This document shows, one piece after another, positions 31,278 through 43,300 of a DNA stretch of 64,000 bases (within the stretch, counting starts at the first letter, position 1; the number at the start of each line of letters is the position of its first letter). Made by a program: the position numbers and the translations under genes. The DNA lies in contig OZ242296.1 of assembly GCA_965207735.1 (NCBI GenBank), positions 1,984,001 through 2,048,000 of the forward strand, read 5' to 3'. Source of the DNA: Candidatus Versatilivorator sp. (GTDB taxonomy: Bacteria; Acidobacteriota; Terriglobia; Versatilivoradales; Versatilivoraceae). Under the pieces are notes generated by a model that saw nothing but the letters and a program-made list of their open reading frames with translations, did no database searches and had not been told where the DNA came from.

Positions 31278-31357
31278 GTAGAGGCAACCCTTGTGGTTGC
31301 CTGCGGCGTGGTTGCCCGGCGATTCCCGGATTGGGCGCCCACAAGGGGCGCCCTTAC
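31278..31357. repeat. GTAG-type REP doublet
   Basis: GTAGAGGCAACCCTTGTGGTTGCC followed by the inverted GGGCGCCCACAAGGGGCGCCCTTAC, just downstream of the giant protein's stop codon. Confidence 0.7.
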
Positions 31358-31390
31358 GGTTGCGTGCAGGACGACAATAGCGACCGTCCG

Positions 31391-34300
31391 CTACTCCCTC
31401 GCCGGCAGGTAGGCCCCGTCGCCGCTCCTCTGTCCCGGAGCCCCGCCGTCGTTGACCACCCCATAGGCCAGAAACGGGTTCTCCCCCGACACCTTCTCGA
31501 TCCGGATATACCCCTGCCGGGTCTCCGAAGAAGCTCTGCCCAGGATCCCGTTGATCTGATACCAGCTCCGCGCCGGGATCGGCCTGGTCACCACCGTCTC
31601 GGCCAGCATCCCTGTCTCCCCGTTGTAGATCTCCAGGTGGAAGACGCTCTCACTGCCGTCCACCTCTCCCGTGTTCACCAGCGCCAGGTTGCTGCGGTTC
31701 TCCTGGTTCTGCTGCAATCCCTCCACCCAGGCCTCCTCGGTGAAACCCTCACCCTGCGGCACCGCGTTGTAGAAGACGCTGTATTGCCCGCCCCCTCCCT
31801 TTGAACCTGTCCTGGCTCCGATCACCACCCCGCTCAGGTCTCCCTCTTCGGCCACCACGAACAACGGCCCCGCGTAGAAGCCCCGCGTCGTACCCAGCCC
31901 CGCCACTCCCTGTCGCCGCAACTCCTCCACCACCTCGGGCACGATCGCCTGCTCGCCCCCTTCCAGCTCCATGCTGAAAGCAGCCGTCTTGTCGTCGGTC
32001 TTGACTTGCTCGCCCACAAACTCGAATTCCAGCCTCCTGGGCTCCTCGGAGAAGTTCGTCACCGTCAGCTCGCTCCTGAACTCCCCGGTCTCCACAATTA
32101 CGGGCAAGGTCTGTCGGGTTGTCCCCGTCAGTGAACTGGCCGTCACCGGAAAGACGAACGACCCGTCCGAGTTCGCCTGGTCGTTGATCACCCCGTAGGC
32201 GTAGAAGGGCGCCTCTCCCTCCACACGCTCCACCTTCACGTAGCCGTTCTCCACACTGCCCAGCAGCCCCGAGTACTGGTGAAACCCTCCCGGCTCCAGC
32301 GTTACATCGTCCAGCTCCCGGGGGCTGGTGTCGGATGCCTCGCCCGAATACACCGTGGTCCTCAACGTGATCGCTCCCTCTTCTGAGGTCCCCATGTTCT
32401 GGAAGGCCACGTTCGAGCGGTCCTGGCTGTTCTGCCTGAGCCCGCACAGATAGACCGGCTCGCTGAAGCCCTCCTCCTCGGCTACTCCCAGGTAGGCCAG
32501 CCCCGCCCTTCCGTCTGGCACCAGCGTGGTGGTCCGCACCACCGCCTCCACCTCGGAGCCCAGTTTGACCTCTACCCGTAACGTCCCGATCCGGTTCCCG
32601 GTTGCGGGGATCGGTACCCCCAGACCCCTCAGATAGTCCAGGGCGTCGGTCTCGATCTTCTGCCGACCTGCGTCGAGCCGGTCGGTGGCCGTGCCGCTTC
32701 CCCCGCCTGCATCCGCCGTGTAGATGTAGTGGAGGGTGGCCTCTTCCATCCCTCGGTTGGTCAGCGTCAGCTCCGAGGTGAAAAAGGAGTTGTTCCGCCC
32801 CGCCGAGGACAGGATCACCGGGACAAACGGCGACCCCGTCGTTAGCCGGAAGCTCCCTGCGGCCACCTCCCCCTCCCCGCAGTCATAGACGAACCTGCCC
32901 TCTCCCAACTCGGTGAAGGTCAGTGAAACTTCACAGGAACTCCCGTCATCGTAGTCCAGCCCCAGCCTTCCCTTGCGCGGACCTGTCCTCTCATAGGTGT
33001 AGGCACCCGTTCGGGAGGGGGTGCTCTCCGATCGGGAGTCGGCGCTCTCTGACCGAATCGCCGCCTGCGCTCCCACCCTCTCGATCTGCTCGAATCGGTT
33101 GCCTTCTGCAAACCGCAGTTCAATGCGTCTGGCGGTCCCCTCTTCGCCCGTGATCCTCAAGGTCGCCCGCTTCCCCTCCAGATCCTCATCGCTGAAGTCC
33201 GCCGGATCCTCTGAGTCGGGCTCCTCTGCCTCCGTCCTCCCTTCCCCCGGCTGCGACCACTCACCCCTCCCCTCTTCGTTCACGGCTCTCACCTCCACCC
33301 GGTAGAGCCTCTCCTCCTCGAGGCCCGTCAGCGTCAACCTCAGTCCCGTCCCCTCGTGTCCCCCGTCCCGGTAGCCTTCCTCTCCCTCCTCCCGGTAGCG
33401 CACCTCATAGCCGGTGATCTCAGGCCCCCGGTTCTCAGGCTCGGACCAGCTCACCGTCAAGCTGTCGGTGCCCTCCGCTCTCACCTCCGGCGCCGCCACC
33501 GCCCCCGGCGGCTCCTCCTCGTCACTCACCCGCACCCGTATGGCCCTCTGCCTCCTCCGTTCCCTCTCTCCCTCCCCGCTCCTCGCCTCCACCACCACCA
33601 CGTATTCGTTGTCTCCCGCTCCGCTTGCCGGGTCGGTGCCAGCCGCATCGGCAGGCCTCTCATAGTCCGGCGCCTCCGTGAAGCTCAGCTCTCCCGTCTG
33701 CTCAACTACCCTAAACAGCGCCCCGTCCGCTCCCCCCGCAATCCCGTAGCCGGCAACCTCGTCCCCCTCGTCGGAGTCCACCGCCTCCAGCCGCACTACC
33801 TTCGTCTGGTTCTCCACCACCTCGAACTGCCCCGGGCTGGTGATCTCAGGCACCCGGTTCAGCTCGCTCAGCCGGAAGCTCCCCTGTCCCTGCAACGCGC
33901 CCCCGCAGCGGTAGCTGTAGCTGCCTTCTCCCACTCCGCCGAAGCTCATCCGCAGTTCGCACGTCTCCCCCCCGTCGTAGTCCAGGCTCAGCTCTCCCGT
34001 CGTCCGGCTGGTGTAGCGGTACCGGTAGCTCCCCATGCGGGTCGCCGTCACTTCCCCCGCTGCATCCAGCTCCCTCTCCTCAAACCGCAGACCCCCTCCA
34101 AACCTCACCTTCAGACTCCGCCGGCTTCCTCCAAACGGCGTCCACTCCAATCCGGCCTCTCCACCCTCCAGGTCCTCCGCCCGGAAGTTCGACCGATAGG
34201 CCGGGTCCAGAGGCATCACCGCCTCCACCGCCTCCGTCTCCCGCCCGTTGCCGATCTGGTTGACCCCACGCAGCTCCAAGGCATAGACCGTCCCGTTGAG

Positions 34301-37300
34301 AAGCCCCATGAGGGTGTAGCCGGAGGCGTTGACCTCCCCGGGAGCGCTGTCCGGGATGGGCGTCCACTCGCCGAACTCGCCCAGGCCTTCTTTCAGTCGG
34401 TACTCGTAGCGCAGGATCTCGGCGCCCCCGTCGCTTTCCGGCGGACTCCACGCCAACCGCACCGCCCCGTCCCCAAGCGTCGCCGTCAGGGCTGCCGGCG
34501 CCTCCGGCGCAAACAGCAGGCCGCCACCTCCTCCTCCGCCGCCGCCGGTGCCGGTGCCGGTGCCGGGCGGCGTTACCCCTTGCTCGGGTGTCGCCATCGC
34601 CGTCTCCACTCCCCCTTTCCCCAGGGCATTGACCGCCCGCACCTCGAAGGCATACTCCCGGCCGTTGATCAGGCCTCCCACCGTCACCCCGCTCGACCCC
34701 GCTCCCACGCTTCCCCACTCGCTCCACGCCTCCCCGGTAGCCGCGTGCCGGTACTCGTAGCGGATGATCGGAGAGCCTCCGTTATCCGACGGCCGGCTCC
34801 AGCTCAACCTCACCGATCCGCTCGCCCCATTGGCTCTCAGACTCAAAGTCGAGATCGCCTCGGGCGCCCCCGGCGGCGACACCCGGATCGCGAGCGGCTC
34901 ATCGGGATCCTCGTTCGGCTTGCTGCCCGCAGACGAGTTCACACGGCCCGCCGGCACCGTCAGCCTCAAGGTGTAGCTGTGGGCCACACTGCCGGTCCGC
35001 GGCGTCACCGTGGTGGTGAAGACCCGGTCGTCGGCTGTCTGCAGATCCCCGATCCCCGGATCGCAGAACACCGGATTGTTCAGATCGTCCGTGCACTCAG
35101 GATCCTGGTCGGACTCGATGTCGCTCCCGCTGAACCCCGACACCGGCTCAGAGAAGCTGATTCTCACCATAAACGAACCCGACACCGGAGGCCCGGTCTC
35201 GCTCGCCATCACTACCGTCAGCGGCGTCACGGTCATCCCCTCGCCGGAGACCGACCAGTCGCTCGCCCCCTCGTCGTTTCTGGCCTTGATCTGCACCTCG
35301 TAGTCCGTGCCCGGCTCGAGGTCAGATAGCGTCAAGCTGAGCCCCGGCTCTTGGTGGTTCACGATAGTGAAGCCCCCCCTGCCCTTCTCCCGGTACTGCA
35401 CGTCGTAGTCGGTAATGTCCGGTCCCGTGTTGTCCGGCTCGCTCCAGCTCACCGTCAGGCTGTCGGCCGTCTCCCCCGAAATGACCGGCGCCCCCGGTGC
35501 TTCCGGCGGCTCCCGCTGGTCGGTCACCCGAACGATGAACGTCTGCTCCGCCTCCAGATCCCTGGCTCCCGCCCCACTTCTCGCTTCCACCGTCACCACG
35601 TACTCGTTGTCCCCGGCGGCGCTCATCGGATCCGTACTGGCCACATCCAGGGGATCCTCGTAGTCCGGCGCCGATTGAAAGCTCAGATCTCCCGTATCGG
35701 AAGTGATGGAGAACTGGCCCTGATCGGCCCCGCCCACGATTTCCCAGCCCGTCAGCTCGTCCCCCGCGTCGGTGTCCCGTGCCGCCAGTCGCCTCACCAG
35801 CACCTGGTTCTCCCCTACACTCAGCGTTCCCCCGGTCGTGATCTGCGGCGCCGTGTTGGGTGCGTCGGTGGTGTTGGTCACCGACCGGTTGCTCAGCGCC
35901 TGTGCGTCATTGCCCACCTCATCCCGGATCGGGTTGGTCCCCACTGTGTAGCTCACCCGAATCCCCGTATCCCCATGCTCCACCGCCGGGTTGAGGGTCA
36001 GCGTTACTACGCTACCGCTCACAGACGCGTCCGACACGGTTCTCCCGCTACCGCCTACCGTCACCGTGAAATCTCCCGAAGCCGGTTCCGATCCTCCATC
36101 CAGCGATTCCCGGTAGGCCAGCGTCAGCGAGGCCCCGTCCACCGCCGCGCTCACAAACGCCGGGCGGACCCCGTCCACCTGGTGCCCCATGTCGGCCGCT
36201 ACCGCCTCGTGGGCCAGTTCGGCCGCATTCTCCGCCTCGTCCTTGATCGTTCCTCCATTGAGCCTCAGTTGGTTCGCCCCCACACTGACCCCATCGGTGT
36301 CTTCGTCCCCGTCGGCCACCTCGTAGGCAAACACCAGCGCCTCCGTATCCATACCGCTCTCATAGCCGGCAGTCCGGGTCCTGGCCCCCACTCTCAATGC
36401 AAGTTGCGGCGTTCCCGTCACTTTCACCGTCTCGTTGAAGGTCACCGTCACCTCGATCTCGTCCCCAATCGCATAGGTCTGGTCGGATCCCGGGCTCGAA
36501 CTAATGGATACACGACTCACCTCCGGTGGGGTCGTGTCCGGCGTTTCGTTGGTCACCGATTCCCGGCTCAGCCCCTCCGCCTGGTTACCCGGCACGTCCC
36601 GCAACGGCTTCATTCCCGGTGTGTAGCTCACCTGGATTCCCGACTCCTCGTGCTCGGCTCCCGCATTCAGGGTCAGTGTCACCGCGCTCCCACTCATGGA
36701 CACCCGCGTGACCGTCCGGGTCTGATCGCCTCCCGACACCGTGAAGTCTCCCGCATCGGGCGTTGAGCTCCGGTCCAGGGGCTCGTCGTAGGTCAGTGTC
36801 AGCGACGTCGCGTTGACCACTGCCCCGCCGGTCGAGGCCAGGCGCGGCTTGACCCCGTCCACCTTGTGGCTCGAGTCTGCAGACAGCCCGTCATGGTCCA
36901 GTTCCGCGTTGTTGGGGGCCGCATCCCGGATGGTCCCGCCCGAGAGGCTGTCGCCCTCGACGCCTACCCCGCCGGTATCGCTATCCCCGTCGGCCACCTC
37001 GTAGGCGAAGACCAGGGATACCGTTCCCGAACCACCCTCGTAGGCAGCCGATCGCGTCCCTCCGCCCAGTTCCAGAGTCAACCGCGGCGTCCCCGTCACT
37101 TCCACCGTCTCGCTGAAAGTCACCGTCACCTGGATCTCGTCACCGGCCGCGTAGGTCCGGTCCGTCCCCGAGTTCGAGGTAATTTCCAGCTTGCTTACCT
37201 TCGGGGGAGTTGTGTCCGGGGTCTCGTTGACCACCGGCTCGTTGTTCAGCCGGGCCACTGCGTTGCCCACCCTGTCCCGCAGCGGACTTTCCCCCGCCCG

Positions 37301-40300
37301 TGTCGGAACCCGGTAGCTCAACCGGATCCCCGTCTCCCCGTGCTCCACTGCCGTGTCAAGGGTCAGCAGCACTGCACTCCCGCTCAAGGCGACGTTTCCG
37401 ACTGTTCGGGATGCACCTCCTCCCGTCACCGTGAAGGCGCCCGCGGGGGGTGTCGAAGACCCATCCAGCGGTTCATCATAGGTCAGAGTCAGCGTCGCCC
37501 CGTTCACTACCGCTTCGTCCATCGAGACCAGTTCGGGCTTGACCCCGTCCACCTGGTGGCCGGACTGCGCGCTCAATGCCGTGTGGGTCAGAACGGCCGC
37601 GTTTCTGGCTCTGTCGGTGATCGTCCCGCCGTTCAGCATCAACTTGTTTGCCTCGATGCTCACCCCGTCCGTGTCTGCGTCATCGTCCTCCACCTTGTAG
37701 GCGAACAGAAGCGCCGCCGTGCCGGTGCCGACGTCATATTCCGCCATTCGATCCTCGCCGCCGACCTCGATCGTCAACCGCGGCCTCCGAGTCACCACCA
37801 CCGGCTCGCTGAAGGTTACAGTGACTGCGATCTCGTCGTCCGCCGCGTAGATTCCGTCGGTCCCCGGATCGGAGGTGATTGCGACCATGCTCACCGTTGG
37901 AGGCGTGTTGTCGGGCACGGTGACCGAGAGCCGCGCACTGCGCGCGGCCTCGCCGTCGGCGACCTCGGCCGCCACCTGGTAGACGTAGGTTTCACCTTGC
38001 ATCACGTCGCTGTCGTTGTAGGTGAGCCCGGAGGTGTTCTCCACCAGGGCTTCGATGGTAGCGCCCTCTTCACGGTAGAGGGTGTAGGTCACGCCCGGGG
38101 CCGGAGTCCAGTGGCTGGTCACCACGGCCGTCCAGGTCAGGGCCACCCCCGTGGTTTCGGCTGTTGACATCAGGGAGGGCCCTTCCCGAAGCTGGTGGCC
38201 GAACTCCTGCCAGCTGGCTCCGTCGGCCCCATCCACGTCCACCGAAAGCACCGGGTACTGGCTGCCGGTTCCGAAGTGCCAGGGGCTGTCGTTGGTATCG
38301 TCGCCGTCGAGGTCCAGGTTCCAGCTACCGTAGATGCCGCTGTAGCCGGTGGAAGACTTCAACTGAGAGGTGGTGCGCCCCCCGCTTCCGGTGGTGTGTC
38401 CGGACGTGCTGGTGTCCCAGTAGCTGCTGGTAACCTCCCCATCGTTCAACCCGGCCAGGCCGCCGGCGTTGCTTGCACCCGTGACGCGGCCCGTGGCGTA
38501 AGAGGATGAAATCTCGCCATCCGCCTGGTTGTTCCCGACCAAGCCGCCGGCTTCGGTTACGCCCGTGACCCGACCCGTCGCGTAGCTGGCGCCAATGATG
38601 CCGCGGTTGTCCCCGACCAGACCGCCCAGGTCGTCTTCACCGGTCACGCGGACGGTGGCGTAGCAGCCCCGAATGTACCCGGTGAATGCGTTAATCCCGA
38701 CCAATCCCCCCACGTTGTCAGTTCCCGAAACCTGGCCCGTGACGTAGCTGGTGCGAATCTCGCCTGAGTTCCACGCCACCAGGCCGGCAGCCAGGCCGGT
38801 TGAATCCACCTCGACCTCGACATCGATCAACCCCACGTTCCGAATGCTGGACAGGACAGCATAACCGAACAGTCCCGAGAGAACGGCCGTATCGGTATCG
38901 ATGAACAGGTGGCTTATGGTGTGCCCGTTGCCCTCGAAGATTGACAGGTACGCATTCCTCAGGAACAACAAGCTGCCACTCATGGTGGTGCCTTCGCCAC
39001 CGATTGGCGCCCAGCCGGCGCCGTTGTTCCAGTAGGTGTCGCCCGCATCGGCCATGCCGTTCCCGTTGGTGTCGAAATCCAGGTCGTCCGTCAACTCATA
39101 ACCGGAGCACCCCTCCAGTGCGTTGCACCCCATCCAATCGACGGCATTGGAAAAGGCCGACTCGTAAGCCGTCTTGCCATCCTCGGTAGGCCCCCCGTCC
39201 CCGCCCCGGTCGTGGCGGATGGCGTCGAGTTGGGCCAGGTTGCCGATCTCGATCAGTCCGTCATCGTCGGAATCGTAATCCACCGCGTTCGACGCCCAGA
39301 CCATCACCGTGAACCGTTGGGTGGCGGCGGTATTGGACCCGGAGGCGTCGGTCGCCGTCACCGTGATGGTGGTGCGGCCGGCGGCCACCGGGGTGATGGT
39401 GACCACGGACCCCGAGGTGCTCGCCGTGGCCACCGTCGTCGCCGCGGAGGAGGCGCCGTAGGTCAAGGTGTCGCTTTCCGTATCCGCGAACGCCCCTGAA
39501 ACCGTTGCGGTACCGGTACCGCCACCCACCCGCAGCGTCATATCCGCCAGCCTGCCCACCGGCACTGGCGGCTGGTTGGAAGCCCCAGCCTTGATCGACA
39601 CCCAACTGCTGCGCACCATTTCCCCGCCCTGGACCACCGCCGCCACCTGGTAGGTGTAGGAGCTGTTGAGAGTCACGCCGGCGTCGGTGTGACTGCGCGT
39701 CGTGACATTGCCGGCCACGGCCTCGACGGTGGTGCCGTCGTCGCGGTAGAGGGTGTAGGTGAGGCTCGGCGCCGGGCTCCAGTGGTTGGCCGCCACGGCT
39801 GTCCAGCTCAGGGACACCTGGGTCTGTCCGGATGTCGAGGTCGCCGTCAGGGTCGGCCCCGAGCGGAGCTGGTAGCCGTGCTCCTGCCAGCTCGCCCCCC
39901 CGCTGCCATTCAGGTCGGCCGAGAGAGCCGGGTACTGGGTGGCCGTCCCAAAGTGCCAGGGGTCATCGCCTTTGCCGTCCCCGTCCAGGTCCCGGTTCCA
40001 GTACTCATAGATGCCGCTGTTATCGGTGGGCGACTGCAACTCCGAGGTGGAATGGCCTGCCAGGCCGAGCACCGGCGACTCCGAGGGGTCCATCCGGCCG
40101 TTGTCGTTGGAGTCGTCAGCGCCGAAACCCACCCGCACCCCGGAAGTCTCAGTGTCCCAGAAACTGGATCGGAACTGCGCCGACCCCGTGCCGGCCAGTC
40201 CCCCGACCGCCGCGGTCCCCGAGACCGGCCCGGTGGCGTAGCTGGCCACCACGGCGCTGCAGACGTTCCCCACCAGGCCGCCGACTCCGCCTTCGGACCC

Positions 40301-43300
40301 ACAGTCGGCGCCTGCCACGGGATGAGTACCTCCCCCGTTGACTCGGCCGGTGGCATAGCTGACCACGACAAGATCCGCTGCGCCCACCAAGCCGCCGACG
40401 CCATCTCCGGTTGCCGACACCTCGACGGCGGCGTAGCTGCTCCAAACCCGGTCCAGCCTGCCGGCCAGGCCGCCCACCACGTCTTCGCCCGTTACACTAC
40501 CCGTGACGTGGCACCTTCCGACACGCCCCTCCTCGCCGTCGCCGACCAGGCCGCCGACATAGTCCTTTCCGGTCACGTCGACTGCCTCCAGACCGAGATT
40601 GCGGATCCATCCGAACACACCCAGTTCGCTGAACAGCCCGACATCGTCTTCGGTGTCACGGTCGATGAACAGGTTGGCAATGGTCCGCCCGTTGCCGTCG
40701 AAGATGCCTTGGAAGGGATCATCGCCTATGGGCTCCCAGCCGTCGCCGCCATTCCAGTAGGTGTCCCCGTCGTTGGCCCCGCCGCTGCTGTCGGTGTCGA
40801 GGTCGAGGTCGGCGTTCAGCTCATAGCCCTCACAGATTGAGGAGCACCCCATGTTCGCAGTGGCCTGGGTAAAGGCGGCAAAATAGGAGGGCCAGTCGGA
40901 GGCGTCGTCCGCCACCCCGTTCCCGTTGGAGTCGTAGCGGATGGCGTTGAGCTGGGCCAGGTTGGACACTTCGATGAGGTCGTCGTCGTCGCGGTCGTAG
41001 TCGCGGGTTCCCAACCTGACCGAGACCGAGAAGGAGTCGACGGCGCTCAAGCCGTCGGGGTCGGTGGCGCGCACCGTCACCGTGGCAGTGCCCGGCGCCC
41101 CCGGGGTCAGGGTCAGCATGGACCCGGTCCGGGAGAGGGACGCCCGAGAGGTGTTGCTGGAGAGCTCCGAGTAGGTCAGGGTGTCGTTTTCCGGATCGGT
41201 GAAGACATCCGCCAGGTCCATGGTCACGGCAGCAGCCCCCAGCGCAAAAGTACGGTCGTCCAGGCCGCTCTCGACCGTCGGCGCCTGGTTGCGGTCGGCC
41301 GCGGCCACGTCCACCGCATCCACCGCCCCGGGAGCCATGACGATGCCGGCTCCGGAATCGCGGTCGACCCCGGTGGCCTCGATGTCGAGGGCCGATCCGG
41401 TCATGGCCGCCAGCAACTGCGTCTGGGTCAGACTATTGGGTCCTTCGGCGCCCTCCAGCACCAGGGCACCGATGGCGGCCGCATGGGGAGCCGCCGAGGA
41501 GGCGCCGCAGAAGAACGAGAACCCAGGCGTCGTGGTCCGCACGCAGGTCGCGGCAGCCAGATCCGGCTTCTGGAGCAACTTTCCGCCGGTGGAGGAGAAA
41601 TTGCCGGCGGTGATGGGGGTGCCGTCGGGCTCGAAGAAGATCCGGCGCGGCCCGTCCGAGTTGCCGGTGCGAACCGACTCGGTCCCGTTGAAGACGCCGC
41701 CGGCCCCGCCGGCGCTCTGGACTGCGACCTGCGCAACCGCAATGGCGTTTTCGGCCGCCGAGTGTCCGAAGAGATTGCCGGCGGTGGAGACCGCCAACCG
41801 CCCTTCCAGGGTGTCGAGACGCAGGTAGCGGTCGGCGGCTCCCGAAGTCTTGACAATGACCAGGCGGTTGCCGGTGTAGTCTTCATCAGAGGAGTCGATG
41901 TACTCGTACGGATCCCGGGTCCCGTCCTGGATGCGGGTCGAGCTCCTCACAACGTCTCCGTCTTCGTCGACCAGAAACAGGTCGTAGTCGTTCGAGGAGC
42001 CCTCCAGCGGGTCGGCCCACCAGAGAACGAAAGCGCCCCCGTCGTCATCGGTGATCCGGTTCTGGGTGACGCCGCCTCCAAAGTCGTGTTGTGTCCCGAC
42101 CGTGACGCTGTTGAGGACCAACGGGGTCCCGGCCGCGAAGTCGCCTTCCCAGACTCCCGCCGTGCCGTCGTTCTTGTTGCCGGCGTTTCCCCCGGCCGAG
42201 AAGTAGAAGCAGCCGTCGGCCACCGCCGCGTTGACTCCCTGCGAAATGATGTCGTCCTGGAAAGGCCCTTCCAGAAAGTAGTAGACGTCATCCACGATGA
42301 CGTCGGCTCCGGCCTCGCAGAGCGCCTCGATGTTCTCCGCGAAAGAAGCCATCCCGCCGAAGGCCGTCGCGAAATAGAGCTCGGCTCCCGGAGCCAGGTC
42401 GTGGACGATCTCGAGCATGGCCGTCCCCTCGTCGCCCTCTCCCTGCTGGTGCTCCAGCACCGTCACCCGGGCCGGCAAGTCTCGCGTTGCCTGCCGCCTG
42501 GCCAGGGTGCCGACCCCGTCCGAGAGCACCCCGATCCCGATGCCGGCGCCGTCGACGCCGTGGGTGGTGCGCGCCGTGTTGGCCCGGTGGGCCACGTCGC
42601 CCTGGGTGGTGCGGGACCCCGCGTTCAATATGTCGACCAGGAGGTCGGGGGAAGGCTTCCGTCGCCGGTTGCGGGTCATCGCCTTGTCGGCGGTGCGGAT
42701 GGAGCGCACCGCCTGGTGGGCGGCCAGCGCCTCCACCTCCGACAACGGCAACTCCGCCCGGATGGCCCGGTAGTGCTCGACGCTGCTGAGCACCTTGCCG
42801 CCCAGCTCCCGTATGCGGTCCAGGACCTCCGGGGTCACCTCGGCCCGGAGGTCGACCGTCACCATCCGGTCCGCTCCCGGCCGGCCCCGCGCCTTTTGCC
42901 ACTCCTCCAGCAACTGCGAATCCACCTTCCGCTGGGCAAGCGTACGTTCCTGCTTGGCCTCCAGAATCGCCTGGATCTGGCGCACGGTCCGTGCCGAAAG
43001 CCCCGTGCCGGTCCGGTTGGTCACGGCCCGGTCTGTGAAACCCTCGGCCGGGTTGCCGGCCTGGTCGCGGACCTCCTTTCCAGGCTTCTCCGCTTCCGCC
43101 TCGTAGCTGACCGCGGCGGCTTGGCCTTCCTCCGCGGGCGAGTCCACTGTCAGCCTCACCTCGCTCCCCTCCACCTCCACTTCGGCAACTTCCCGACTCT
43201 GGCCCGCCACCGTCACCCTGAAGTCGTCGGCTTCCGGTGTGGAATCCACGTCGAGCCTCTCCGCGAACTGGAGAGTCAATTGGTCCCCGTCGATCTCGGT

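Noticed and set aside
4904-31357. CRISPR array
   Set aside because: The repeats are dispersed or short-period tandem units without regular unique spacers, and there are no cas genes.
25284-33190. Diversity-generating retroelement (an RT between two genes with similar 3' ends)
   Set aside because: The RT is a YADD group II maturase inside a full intron with domains V/VI. The two C-termini differ at all base types over ~1.7 kb rather than at adenines only in a short TR/VR pair.
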